Origin: Callorhinchus milii
Lineage: Eukaryota
Reading direction: 5' to 3'
Length of the DNA: 38,577 nucleotides
Assembly (NCBI RefSeq): GCF_018977255.1
Contig: NW_024704935.1
Span: forward strand, 62,001 to 100,577
Below are positions 10,801-23,776 of the stretch, one piece after another. Each line of letters begins with the position of its first letter. Position 1 is the first letter of the stretch. The notes under the pieces are model-generated. The model was not told where the DNA came from. It was given only the letters and a program-made list of their open reading frames with translations, and did not search any database. A program made the position numbers and the translations under genes.

Positions 10801-11692
10801 TCAACGCTTTACCATGGTTATTAATTTTAGTAATTTATCGAATGGGAAAAGGACACCATTTCTCAGCTCCTCTCTGAACCCTCTGTTCACCGCATAAATG
10901 CACTTGTTTGTGCCGCAGCTGAAAAGTTGGAGCATAATCCCCACTTCTTGTCTGATGGACAACAGATCATCGAAACCTGAGTAACAGTGGTTTTTCGTAA
11001 TTCGGCCATAGATGCCATTGACCGCATGAGTCATCCAGAGGAGGATAAAACTGCCTGAAACAGCGAAGAGTAAAATAATGGACTTCTTGCGGCTCTCCAT
11101 CTCCGGAGCCTTCCGCTTCATGTCATGGTTGCCAGCGAAATTTGCTATTCACCAGTATGTGTCTGAAAGTCAGAGCATTCAAGAGCAGAATCAATAGGAA
11201 TGGGAGCAATGTATTCCAAATTGTGATAGGCATAGATTTTCCATCCTAGCAACGAGTTAAAGCTCTCAGTTTGAACGCAGCCCCAGAGGACACTGTTTAT
11301 AACGTACTGAGGACCGAATATAAAATATTTTACAATGCTCCCCAAACAGTTTATGAAAAAGAATGTGCCGATCACCTTGACTGCGGTTTGTTCAGTACAA
11401 AACATGGCTTTCAGCTTTTGGCTACTGATGGCGATGAAGCGATCGAAGGTGAAGGCGACTGTAAACCACACAGAGGAATCTGTTGAGGCTTAAATGAGGA
11501 CTATATTGATGCGGCAAACCGCGGCGATATTCAGCTCCTTGGTGGCAAAGTAAATGTAGCCAATGGGGTAACATATCATATAAAATATGACCAACGTCAG
11601 ATCTGCCGCTGCCATGGCCACCAGGTAGCGAGTAATGCATTTGGAGAGACCGCACTTTCCTGTGTACAGAATCACGATGCCCACTAGGTTCG
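10801..11692 (-). pseudogene. GPR139/GPR142-like orphan class A GPCR pseudogene (main coding exon)
   Basis: Acceptor TCTTTCTTTCTCTTGCAG| at 11693. Motifs NLVGIVIL..GKCGLSKCITRYLVAMAAADL, VWFTVAFTFDRFIAI, ILLLNALTFRHIL, PEMESRKKSIILLF, MLQLFSCGTNKCIYAV are spread over three frames. In-frame TAA at 11490-11492 and frameshifts near 11228 and about 11125. The first exon was not found. Confidence 0.88.
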
Positions 11693-13334
11693 CTGCAAGA
11701 GAAAGAAAGAATACAGGTTCAGCAATTGCTACTTCAATGTTTAGAAACCAGGTGTATTTATATTTAGGAGCAAAACAAATGGAATTAGAAATGGACGGAT
11801 GAATGATAAATTTGCTGCATTTCACTCCACAACCAGGACAGGCTGGACTGGGATGAAAAGACAATTTCTTTCACAGGTCCTTCACATAGACTTATGAAAG
11901 ACTGCAAGCAGAGAAACAGGATACTCGGACCAATCATTCTTTGTTAGTGTTTATATTCTACATTAGTCCCCTTTAACGACTCATCGTTCACTTTTCTACA
12001 TACCCATACATTCCACTCTCCCTCACCTCTCTATTTTGCATTTTGTTCAATCCGCACTTATGGAAGTGAGTTCCGCATTCTCACTAGTGAAGTATTTCTT
12101 CCTAAATTTCCTTTGGAATCACTTTGTTATTTCTTTGTTCTCCTGGTTGCGCACTCCCTATCTTGTGTGAACAGATTATTGATGCTAACCTTATCAATTC
12201 CTTTTGTGGTGTAGTTTACTGTCTTATGGTAAGGAGCTCGCCTCGCAAAGTAGGACATAAACTGCTTTGTGTCGTGTCCCCCGTGAAGTTCACAGTCCTG
12301 ACGTGGGTCTTGGACCCACACCTTTCTGAAATATATGTGAGATTGCTACCAGTTGAGCCAGGCTGACACCAACGTGCAGTATGATTGGCAAGACAACGGT
12401 GAATTCGATGTGGTTGCATTACACTTTCAGCTCCTTCAGGAAACTTCTCCATATTACCCCTCAACCTCTTCCTCACAGCATCTCTGCATCACCTGCTCCA
12501 GTTCTCAGCACGTGATCGTGCCCTGCACCATGATGTCTCTGCTCTGTTGGCCTCTGACTCGGGGGGTTATGGTTTCCAAACATGTCGTTCCAGTGCAGTG
12601 CTGGTGGAGAAGCTGCATTGATCGATTTCAATGCACATAAATGTTATGAAATCAGAACCGCTACATGCTTTGCTCAATGTTACTTGATTCTAAGCACTTA
12701 CAGGGCACCGGAAGGGCTGCGAGGATGGGATAATAAATGTAAGTTATTGGAAGGATAAATGCCTGTCGATGGAGAAACAAACAGAAATGCAGGCCGCACG
12801 GGATTCAATCAACAGTGTATCAGTCAGACGGCTTAAAAGAGCTTTATTTAAACTGCTGGAAGAATTCCCAATGCGATCTGTAGGTCTCACAAGCTGCAAT
12901 TAGTGACATTCTGTTCAACAATTCAATTAGTGAGCCTTAATCTGTGACATATGACGTTTTAATCAGTTCAACTGAAAATGAAAATAAGAAAAACAAAATT
13001 AATGATTTCTCATAATTTTTATTCCGCAGATATTTAAAAATCTGACGTCTCTTGGGAAACGTCTCCAATGCGCGAAAGTTTGTTGCTTTTCTTTTTATAT
13101 GTGCAACCATTGGAGCAGATGAACGGATAACTGCTGAAGTCAAAAACACTGTGGAGCTTTTAGCACATACCCAAACCCCAACTGACGTAAAACACTGAGG
13201 ATGCGGTTTTTGAATCACAACAAGTTGTGCCACAGAAAGTAAGGGAAACAAATAATCCCTTTCTTAAACTAAATTGTGCTGCACAAAAACTAGCAATTGA
13301 GATAAAAACAGGAACAACACATAACAATAAAAAG

Positions 13335-13510
13335 AATAATAATACTGATAACAATGCTTGAATTTGATAAAGCACCGATCGCAGCGGGTGGGTGTCCATA
13401 CAGTGCTTCACAGGATACATTATACTGGACAGTAGCTCCGTATTTTGTGGGCAACAAACAAAGACTTTTGCGCACAGCAACATCCCACAAACAGCCATGG
13501 ATTCAGCAAT
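13335..13510 (-). mobile_element. Deu-type SINE 3' half
   Basis: Reverse complement reads TTTGTGGGATGTTGCTGTGCGCAAA...TGTGAAGCAC...TATCAAATTCAAGCATTGTTAT...TATTATT. Confidence 0.65.
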
Positions 13511-13599
13511 AAAATGTATTTGGTCATTTCTCCCTTCTATGGATCTTTGAATCTTGCTGATAGGCATCTTCACCTCCTTGCTCTGATACGGCACACGAT

Positions 13600-14210
13600 G
13601 ACAGGTAAAGCGCCTTTCACTTCCGGAGGACGTACGAAGGTGATGAACAGTCACGGATTAGGACCCGAGCTGGGTGATTTGGGGCAATTGGGATCAAGGA
13701 GAGTGGAGGGAGAGATGGCGGGAGGGTGGCCGAAGTCAGGGTCGAAGAAGAGTGTCTTGAGACGCGCCTTCAAGCTAGGAAAGTGGGAAGCGAGGCGCAC
13801 GGAATGTGGGATGGACTTACTTCATCCTCAGCCATCAGACTATGATTGGGGGCAGAGTGACTGAAGGACCAACCACCGATGGTGGTGCATGCCGAATGCG
13901 ATGACATGTAACAGGCCGGAGTCTGCTGAACAGAAGGAGCGGGCAGGTTCATCAGGTGTTGGTTAGCTGTTCGGAGATGTAGGAGATGTCAAGACCATGG
14001 ACAGCATTGAATGTGAGTTGGAAAATTTTGATCGCGATGCTCAGGAATGGGAAGCCAGTAGAATCTGTAGAGGGCGGCTGTATTGGGGTCACGGAGACAG
14101 GTACAAGAGAGTACACGAGCTGCAGAGGTCTACATAATCTGCAGCATGTGGAGTGAAGATGGGTAGATTGACATGCTGGGTGTTGGTATATTGTGATGAC
14201 TGAGGATGAA
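13600..14210 (-). mobile_element. Old L2 LINE 3' fragment
   Basis: AAAGCGCCTTTCAC...GGACG tail, TCAGGACCCGAGC-like segment, and GTCTTGAGACGCGCCTTCAAG homologous to 19245-19430. Confidence 0.7.
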
Positions 14211-15069
14211 TGAAAATGAGTGAGAGACCAAAGCTCAAACTCTGCCACTGTTCTGCGCTCCAAGAAACTACACTCCATAAAAGCGCGAACCTCTCTAAGA
14301 CAGCTCAACAACGTAATAAGGCAATATATGAAAGAAGATATTACATAACTTTTTGCAGCTGCATGCGCAGCTCTTCATCGCTAATTTTGGCCCTGGCCCA
14401 GAAATATTTGATAATTTAATAATCCTTGTGTTCAATATGGCGCTTTATCGCTTGATTGAGAAGAACCAAATCACTTGACAGCATTTACAGTAAAAAAAAC
14501 GATTATCGCTCCCTCCCCTACCCCATCACGACCACCCTGGAAAGCTCTCTTAATGCTTGGAAAACGGAGTTGTGCGAATTGAGGAAATATGCCTAAGTTT
14601 TCGCTATGTCCTTGAATTAAACGTGGATGTTCTAGATAGCGAGGAAAGAGTTATATCCACTCAGCTGCAGGAATCTAGTTGCAGCTACGATGCTGTATAC
14701 CTTCTTAGAATTGTTTTAGCAATTCTAAACGACCCTAAACTACCTTTAGGGTGTCAGTCTGGCTCACCTGGTAGCAGTTCTTTTCAAATACAGAGACTTG
14801 TCAATTCAATCCCTATTGTCTTTTGCTTGCTCTGACAGTCAAGCACTGCATTCATTCATTCCCAGCACTTCACTAGGATGTCATCTACGGCTATGTGATG
14901 AAAGCACCACATTGGAACGTGAAACCACAAGAACCTGTACACAAGTGCAACATGCATAAATGTTTATGCAGCGAACCTCACTCACGAAGATGGGGGAGCC
15001 GGGTGGAGCGTATACACAGTCGTATGTCTTTAGGCGCGAACTAAAGATGGGTTACGAAGGCACAAGGCG

Positions 15070-15330
15070 GAGTGACACAGGAAGATTATTCCTTAGATTT
15101 GGGGCCTCTGGTTGAAAGCAGGGCCACCAATGGTGGAACGGATTGTACGAGGCACATGCAGAATGTCGGAGCCAGTCGAGAAGAGGAAGCCGGTTGTGGT
15201 TTGAGGGGTAAGCAGGTCGGAGAGATAGGGATGTGCCAGGGCATGCAGGGATTTGGAAAAGAGTGTAAGGATCTTGAAATCGATCCGCTCGGCAATAGGG
15301 AACCAGTGGAGTCTGTCTAATACTAGTTTG
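15070..15330 (-). mobile_element. L2 LINE ORF2 C-terminal fragment
   Basis: Translates to RLHWFPIAERIDFKILTLFSKSLHALAHPYLSDLL, the typical L2 ORF2 C-terminus. Confidence 0.8.
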
Positions 15331-16974
15331 GTGAGGCTTCGACGTTCAATACAGGTGGGTATGCGGGCGATTTTCAATCAGCTGGATCCTGTAACATTTT
15401 CACTATCTTGCAGCCTATAATACATCGGTATTATGGGAAGTCAGAAATCCTACTGCTGATAAATGTTCAAAAACAACTTATCTGGATTTTCAAACGCTGC
15501 AAGAATTTTATAGTAAATAGATATTATCTCCTACAACGTTGGAAATGTCATGCGCTGATTTGCACTACAATGTTTTTTGTTAGATGAAAAGGTTTCAACA
15601 AAGCTGTGGTTTCGCTGACGAAACTTGTACGTGTGAATCTAAAAGTTGCATCATCATTATTATTAGTGCCAAACAAGGGAGTCTTTACTCCAGAATTGAA
15701 TATGTATTGATTGAGCCTGATTGATTATGCTGTATAATTGTAAAATATTAACGGAATAATATTATTATTCACGTCCGTGTACTGGAATTTTTCTATTAAT
15801 GAGAGGAGAGCAGAGAATCCATTGTCCCCTTTCATCCTTCTAAACAGGCACTCTTGGCCAAGTGAAATTAGGCATTGATTTCATAACTCCGCGGGACATT
15901 TGATTGCCTGGTTCATCCACAATCATACACAGTAACTGCAACGCACTTGCTCCTCACTTGACAGGCACCACGCTAAATGTGAAGATTATTATTTGGTGAT
16001 TGAGGTTTACCTCACTCTATCGAGGTGACTGTCAGCGATGGAAAGTAAGGTGGAACCAACAACATTGTCAAGTTAAACTGTAATATTTTATCCGTCTGTC
16101 CCGGTTGTCTGACAAATTCCCCGAAATCACCGTGGCAAACGAGTTTCCAAACCAAGCTGAGAATTCCGTGCATCCCATCTACACAGGGAACTCCCAGGGA
16201 TAGATTGCTATAATGGAATGCCAAATTTCTCCTGAAGAGAAATATCCTGCTTTCCGAATTCTAGAAAGTATTAGGCGCAGCTTGACAAATGTCAAGGCTT
16301 GGCGACCCCAGTGTTTGGGTTCGGGTAGCTGCTGGAGTTCAACCTGCTAAAGCCGCACATCTTGCATTGATTTCATTGTCTGGTAAGCTTTCTCACTGGT
16401 TGCCAGCTGGGATTATCTTACCAATTAGTGCTTTGGCTGGCTGGGTTAACAGCATCTTAAAGGGGGATTCCGTACCCACCCAATGACTCCGGGTCCTGCC
16501 TTTGAGCCAGGCTTGGCTGTGCTGTCAATAATGGTGCACTGCAGACCGGCCTGGCTGAGGAATCCGACTGGACACATTCATGTAGGGCTGCATCGGGGCC
16601 AAAATTCAGTTGCCAAATAGGTCAACTCGGAGCCAGTTCTATTTCAAGTAGACACAAAGTACGAATACCTTGACAGTTCTGTTTGATATCACTTATTCCC
16701 ATTTTAGAGACTACATTAGCAACCAGAATTTGTATTCAGATGCAGGTTGTGTCCCAGAATACATGAGAATGGCAGAGCACTACGCCGAGGGAGGGGAAGG
16801 CCGCTATCGGCCTAGTCGGTGTGGTAGATTTTCAGCCATGAATTGAAGTTGGGGAAGGAAGGGGAAATGCGGAGGAACAGACGAATATTGTTCCATATTC
16901 TAGGGGATGCTGTGGCTAACATTATGCCACTGATGCTGGAACAGCGGGCAAAATCGTCAAGCTGAATGATTGAG

Positions 16975-17330
16975 ATTTAAGATTGTAAGGATCTTAAAAT
17001 CGAGTCGTTCAGTGAAAGGGAGAAAGTGGAACCAGGATAGGACTGTTTTGATGGGGCTTTAATACATAGGTTGCTTCAATGGGAGCCAGTGGAGCCTGGT
17101 GAGGAGATGGTGATATGCAGTTTCTTGTTTATAATACAGCATAATACAGCTTTACATTTGTTAAAAAGCCTTTTGCGTCGGCTGGACGTCCCAAGGCGCT
17201 AAAAGGGAAACAGTGGTGCTTAGCGAGGCATGGGTGATGGGGGTAACATAGTTTATTGTGTGTGATAGGGAGCCAGTGGAGTCTAGCGATGCATGATGTG
17301 ATGGGAGTACGAAGTTTGCTATATCTAAAA
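16975..17330 (-). mobile_element. L2 3'-end fragments
   Basis: GGATCTTAAAATCGAG and GGGAGCCAGTGGAG (LHWLP motif) twice, plus tail GGACGTCCCAAGGCGCT. Confidence 0.6.
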
Positions 17331-17579
17331 GGAAGCAAAAGGTGCGTGGCGAAGACTACTGCGATGGGATCGAAACTCACACACTGCTGACACATTTCAA
17401 TCCTACCCTTTCATGCCAAAGGTCTGGTATGCGTTGCTGCTAATCAGAATTTATCGCAGCTCTCCCTCTGCATCCTCCTCAATCCACCCGTGACGAGTTT
17501 CCACTCTTTCGGTTGCACAGAGATTGTCAAGGTCACAAACTGCGTCCTCTGTTTCTGTATTCCCCTTGTCTCCGTGTTC

Positions 17580-18560
17580 TCCTAGATCTCTCTGGACAGA
17601 CACAGTCGACCACACCATCCTAATCCGTCAATTCTATTCAATCGTCCATCTCAGTGGGTTCGCACTAGTCTGTTTAGAATCCTACCTAACAAACCGCATT
17701 CACTTGATCTCTGCATCTCGATCTGTTCACCTTCGTGTACCTAAAGGTTTCATCTATTATACCCTCCTCAAACTTACCTATAAGTTCCCTCTTGGCGATG
17801 TCATCCGCAGCCATGGTGTAAACTTCCACATGGAGGTGGATGACACACTAATCTATTTCTCCTCCTCCAGCTGCGATTCCAGATTTGCCAATATTCTCTT
17901 GGAATATCTGGCGGACATCAGAATCTGGATGAGCGGAAACTTTTTCCAACTAAATGTTGGCTAGATGAATGCAAAACTCATTTAATACGATTAACATCTT
18001 CCATCCTGTGGCTGGAACCTCATGAACCTCCCTGGACGACCCCACAGATTTAGCGAACCAGTGCTCAACTTTGGCTTCAATATCAACTCAGGATTTTCCT
18101 TCGTTAGCCACATGCGGTCCATGATTTGGATCACCCACCTCTTCCTCCGCCACATTGCCCTACTCAGACCGTACCTTACACCTGATTCAGCCGGTGAATT
18201 CGACGGTGCTTTCATCACCTCCCGAATTAACTTCCCAACTGGCCAATTTGCCAGTCTCCCCATTTCCACCATTTACAGCTTCCAAATGATCCAAGCACCA
18301 CCATCAAGTTCACGCATACAAAACTCCGCACCCCCATGACTCCTGTTCTGTTCAACCTCCAATGTTTCCCCAACACTGAATGGGTTGATTTCAAGATCTT
18401 CACACACGTTTTCAAATCCCTTCATACGATGGCACCTCCCTATCGCTGACCTGCTTGCCCCCAAACCACAACGCGCTGCCTCTGATCAACTGGCTTCAGC
18501 CTTGTGCATGTCCGTCGTACTCTCTGTTCCATCATTGTTGGCCTCCATTCAACAAAATTC
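17580..18560 (+). mobile_element. Decayed L2 LINE reverse transcriptase fragment
   Basis: DTVDHTILI...SYLTNR...PLGDVIRSHGVNFHMEVDDTLIY (degenerate YADD), then AFITSRINF and VDFKI motifs across several frames. Confidence 0.85.
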
Positions 18561-19215
18561 TGGAACACTCTTCCTCTATCCTTTCTTTTTTCCTTTTCCT
18601 TCTCCATCTTTATGTCGCCGCTGAAAATATTCATATCAGTCATAGTTGCTCTTATTTGACCACTGAATCAATTCAACTTCTTCAGTAGTTTCTCCTATCG
18701 CCCCAACATGGTCAACTGTAGTTTAGCTGAATGCTTTATTCTGGACTCGCTCATTTTTTCTATTTTATTCATGGTGATATCATTTGCGGAATTAGGACTC
18801 TCTCCATATGTATTATGATGGCACCGAAATCTATCTCGAGAAATAGGGTCCCACTGGCCCATTCCTATCTCCTTGAAATATATTTTTCTTAGAGATCAGA
18901 CTACAATCCTGCTGCTCCCTTCCATAAACAGAAAAAAGTGACACGAAATCTTCTTTGTACGCGAAAGTTGACATGAAAAATAAATCGTGAACGGCACAAA
19001 TGTCTAAATATCTTATAAAGGCGCATGATTTATTTCCATTTCAAGTTCTGCTACCAACTAATGACATTACTCCTGGATGGGATAAGTAGGGACTTCTCTG
19101 ATCTGGACCCAAGATGACATGTTTCACAACAGAATCTAACTTCTGCGGTTGTCTACATAATGCAGCACCTGAGCCACTAAGATAGGTTGATTTCAGGAAA
19201 TAATATCTCGGGATA

Positions 19216-21660
19216 CAACAACAACAACAAAATTCCATTCATAGAGCGCCTTTCACGTCGGGAGGACATCCCAAAGCGCTGTATAGTTGGGTCAGGACCC
19301 GAGCAAGCGGGAAATGGTCAGGGTGAGGGGAGGGAAGGGAGGGAGGGAGCGAGGAGATGGTAGAGAGTCGAGAGGGGAGCTGAATGCACGATCAAAGAGA
19401 AAGGTCTTGAGACCGGCCTTCAAGGAGGAAAGGGATGAGGCAAGGTGAAGGCACTGGGGGATAGAGTTCCAGAGCCTCGGGGCTGAGAGCCTGAAGGCCC
19501 GGCCACCGATGGTATGGCGGTTGGGGCGAGGGATGTGGAGCAGATCGGAGCCAGAGGAACGGAGGGTACGGGCAGGTAGGTAGTGGGATAGTAGGTTGGA
19601 GAGGTAGGAGGGAGCAAGGACGTGAATGGCATTGTAGATGAGGATGAGGATCTTGAAATCGAACCTGTGGGGGATGGGTGCCAGTGGAGGCGAGCGAGGG
19701 TGGGAGTGATGTGGTCCCGAAGCCTGGTGCAGGACAGCACACGAGCTGCAGAGTTCTGAATGACCTGCAGCTTGTGAAGGGAGGTGCCGGGAAGGCCCAA
19801 GAGGAGAGAGTTCCCATAGTCCAGCCTTGAGGTGACAAAGGCGTGGACCAGGGTTTCAGCAGCGTGAGGGGTGAGGAAGTGCCGTAGTCTGGCGACATTC
19901 TGGAGGTGACGGAATGCGGTGCCAGTTGTGGCGCGGATATGAGGAAGAAAGTACAGCTCAGGATCGAACAGAATACACAGGTTCCTGACTGACTTTGAGA
20001 GGTGGAGAGTGCAGCCTTGGATGCTGATGCCGTCAGCGCCTGAGATGGCGGAGGCGCTGACGCGACCCAATCAGGAGGGCCTCAGTTTTGCGCACGTTGA
20101 GCTGAAGATAGTTGTCTCTCGTCCAGGACTCGATGTCGGACAGGCAGCTGTCAGGACATCGGTGGTGGTCGTGGATATGAGAGTAGAGGAGGGAAGGTAG
20201 CGTTGGGTGTCATCCGCATACATGTGGATGTTAACCTCATGTCTGCGGATGATGTCACCACAGGGGGAGCTTATAGAGGGTGAAGAGGAGGGGACCGAGG
20301 ACAGAGCCCTGAGGGATAACGAACGAGACATTGCGAGGCCAGGAGGAAAAAAATTCGAGGAAACAAAGTGGAGACGGTGGGAGAGGTGCAACTTAAAGCA
20401 CTCAAGGAAAGGGCCTTGAAGGTTGAGGTGGGAGAACAAGCGGTGGAGAGGATAGCATGGTCGACCGTATCGAATGCTGTCGAAAGGTCGAGGAGGACGA
20501 GGAGTCAGAGGGATCCCAGGTCACAGATGGTCAGGATGTCATTGGTGACCTTGACCAGGGCAGTGTCTGTGCCATGAGCAGCACGGAAACGCGACTGAAG
20601 GAGTTCGAATAATGAATGGGTGGAGAGGAAAGAGCGCAGCTGGGAGGCTACAACTTGTTCCAAGATCTTGGACAGGAAGGGGAGTTTGGAGATGTGCCTG
20701 TAGCTTGATAGCTGCGATACATCAAGGGAGGGTTTTTTCAAAGTGGGAGTGATGGTCGCAGTTTTTAAGGGAATGGGAACAGAGTCAGAGGAGAGGGACA
20801 GGTTGACGATATCCCAGGAGGTGGAACTGGGAGATAAGGAGTGGAGTGGGGATGGGATCAAGGAAGCAGGTGGTGGGTTTCAGGGATAGGTTGAGTTTGG
20901 TGACAGACGGTGGGGAAACGGGTAAGAAAGTGTGTAGGGGAGGATTGGTAGGAGCCGGAGTGTAGGAGGGAGGGAGTGGGGGGGGGTGGGCGGATGTTGG
21001 AGGGGAAGTGACCGCGGAGCGGATTCCCTTGATTTTGGATTCAAGGAAATCCAGCATCTCCTCGCAGTGAAGGTTGGAGGAGATGACCTACTCGGGGTGG
21101 TGGGGGGGACGGAGGAGTCGGGGTGTGGTGGAAAACAGTAGCCTGTGGTTGTTCTTCGCCTCCAGGATAATCCTGGAGTAGAAGAACGACTCAGCCGAGG
21201 CTTGAGTGGAGCGGTAGATTTTGAGGAGGTCCAACCAGATTTGTCGGTGGACCGTTAGGCCAGATTTGACGCAGGTGCGTTCAGCGGCCCGCACCTGGCT
21301 CTTCAGTGAGTGGGTGGGTGGTAAACCAGGTGGAGGAGCGAGAGTAGGAGACAGTACGGGAGGTGATGGGGGCACGAGTATCGAGTGTGGAGGAGAGGTT
21401 GTTGTGGAGGAGGGTGGGAGGAGAAGAGGGCTCAGTGAGGGTTGAAGACCAGAGGGATAGGAGTTCAGAGGACTCCAAGGCAGCGGTTACGGGTTGTGGT
21501 AACTTCTTCCAGGGGTGTAAGGAGATGGTGCTGGGTCTGGTGGAGGTGGGGAGGCAGGTGGAGGTGGTGAAGGAGATGAAGTGGTGGTCGGAGACGGCCT
21601 TGTCGGTGATAGTGACATCCGAGAGCCAGACATAATGACGGTTGCCGTGGAAGTGCATAA
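19216..21660 (-). mobile_element. Relatively young 5'-truncated L2 LINE (endonuclease C-end, RT, 3' UTR, (TTG)n tail), frameshifted
   Basis: SDHHFISF endonuclease motif at about 21590; LKTATITPTLKKPSLD...YRHISKLPFLSKILEQVV; YADD at 20209-20220; AFVTSRLDYGNSLL and RLHWHP; 3' stem-loop tail and (CAA)5 on the + strand at 19216-19230. Confidence 0.95.
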
Positions 21661-22272
21661 ATATATTTTATGTTGAGGAGCAGAGGAATCTTTGCCTTTC
21701 ACACGGGGAAGAGACATCAGCATGAAGTCTAAAAGCACATTACATAATTTTAAGGCATAATAACTTTATTTTCAAGTGAAATTGATAACCTTTCAGACAT
21801 TGGAATTTCCAAAGGACTTCAGAGCCTGGTAATCTTTGATTACTTGAGCCCTGGCGTATCCTCATTCTCAGAAAAGCGTCTCTCATTCATGTACTTAACT
21901 AATGCTCTCCAGAAACACATATGAACCTTTCCTTCACTACCCGCACATGTAAATAATATATTTTACTCCTAAAATTTACCACAGTTTTTCGTGAATAAAA
22001 ACTGATGTTTCTGAAGCTATTTCTTTGTAAACCATCAGAAAACTCCGTCTCCAGTTTGCATTTACAGCTGTATTTTGTCAAATATCAGAAAGCTGATTTG
22101 TATGCAATATCTTTGTTTAATGACTGTAAAATGACATCAGTGAGTGTTGCAATTAATTGCTCCCTGGTGGATTGCCGTTATTATAAAGATCTTCTCATGA
22201 GGCTGTCGTTTCATTCTGTTCATGGGAGCCATCCTGGAGGAGGAACGCACAAAGGCTTATCTATTAAAAAAG

Positions 22273-22342
22273 ATGGCATATTTAACCATTTATGAGGTGG
22301 AGGCAATTTACTACCACATGCTTGCAATACTTGGTGTTCCTG
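22273..22342 (+). CDS. GPR139-like orphan GPCR, exon 1 (short N-terminus and start of TM1)
   Basis: ATG at 22273, MAYLTIYEVEAIYYHMLAILGVP, then G|GTAAGA phase-1 donor. An in-frame upstream ATG at 22222 could add 17 aa. Confidence 0.8.
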
Positions 22343-23776
22343 GTAAGATATCCTACATCTTAATTATTATATACATCGCCGACTCGCTGCGTATTCTGTT
22401 AATTATTTTATAGCCTGAGTTTATGCATCTTTCAGTGTTAACAGGTGCCAAGTGGGAAGAATTTTCATTTGGCAGTACCAAATTATTCGTGGTGGGTGGG
22501 CGCAAAGTAAGTGGGGTTTCCATTAACTGAGCTGGTTCCAAAGTGAAATGCTGGCGAAACAAATTCAGATCCCAGTCTGTCCACTCAGGTCGAGCACCTG
22601 AGCCTGGTTTCTCAGTCTCGTTCATCGGGGATATCGTTCTGCTGGATACTGATGATATTAGACCAGCTGGTCTGGCTCATCGGTTGGACATGGAGTGGCA
22701 TTGGCAAAACTGATTTTTACCTCTCAAATACTGCTGACGCTGAAAGCCAAATGCCTAACGGTTAGGATTGGCCAAACGGGAGAGATAGCAGCAAAGCTGG
22801 CCAGATAGTAGAATTGAATTGCAAGTAATGCTGTTTCAGTTGATCAAGTTCCAGTACTACTCTACAAAGCACACTGATCAACACTCCTTCAAAGGTCTTT
22901 TAGACACTGCCCACACCTTATAACCTTGAGAGACACGCAATGGTGGAAACATAAATGGAGAGTTTGTGCAATGTATTCCAGGCACTTAGAAATCGCTGTG
23001 CATGTGGACTATATGTGGAAATCTTAGTAGAATTTCTGCTGAGTCAAACAACCAACTGGTCAAAATACACTCTCACTTCTGAGTCGGAAGGTTGTCTTCA
23101 GTTCAAGCTATATGTTAGCACTATGGCCTCATATTCAAGGCTGAAATTATTATGTTGGGAAGAGTTTCAGTGTCAGGGATGTCAACGTTTATTTCAAATT
23201 TTGAAAGGAGGTCCCATCTGCCTTTTCAGCTGACATTGGAAAGAGAAGGGAGTTAATTCTGGGAAACAACATTTTCAAAGACTCATGTCATTTTGTTCAT
23301 GGTTGATTATGNTTTTTTTCTGTATGAATTGTCAGTTTTGTTCACCTGTGCTGTTTTGCCCAATAAGCTAACAGTAAAATCCTTTACAATTTTTTTTCCG
23401 TGAAGCAATTCAGATGTCTAAACAATGTGATGATTTGCTTTTTCAAATGCAAACATTGTTATTATCACTCATACACGATCGTTGTGCATTCACAGAAAAG
23501 TTTCTAAAGCATTTTGAGGAACTCCAGCATATTTAGACGTTACATAAAAGGTAAATATTACTCAACATTAAATTATACCGCTGTACAAAGGCAATTTGCT
23601 TTTTATCACTGAAAGAAAGGCATATTGAGTGATTTGGGATGAACCTTTTGGAAGCTGTTGGAAATTGTCTGTCTCGTTCGCCAGCAAAAATAATCCAATT
23701 GATGTTCTATTATATGAACCACTGTACCAAGTATAAGGATTCTTGCTTTAATTTCTTTTTTCTTATTTTCTTGTAG

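Noticed and set aside
14640-14720. Possible exon 1 of the GPCR pseudogene (minus strand KKVYSIVAATRF...)
   Set aside because: Only faint similarity to IYYxxLAxxGVP; it needs an indel and has no proper GT donor.
16289-16640. Moderately GC-rich unexplained segment
   Set aside because: No recognisable coding motif, repeat family or structure by eye; it needs a database search before any claim.
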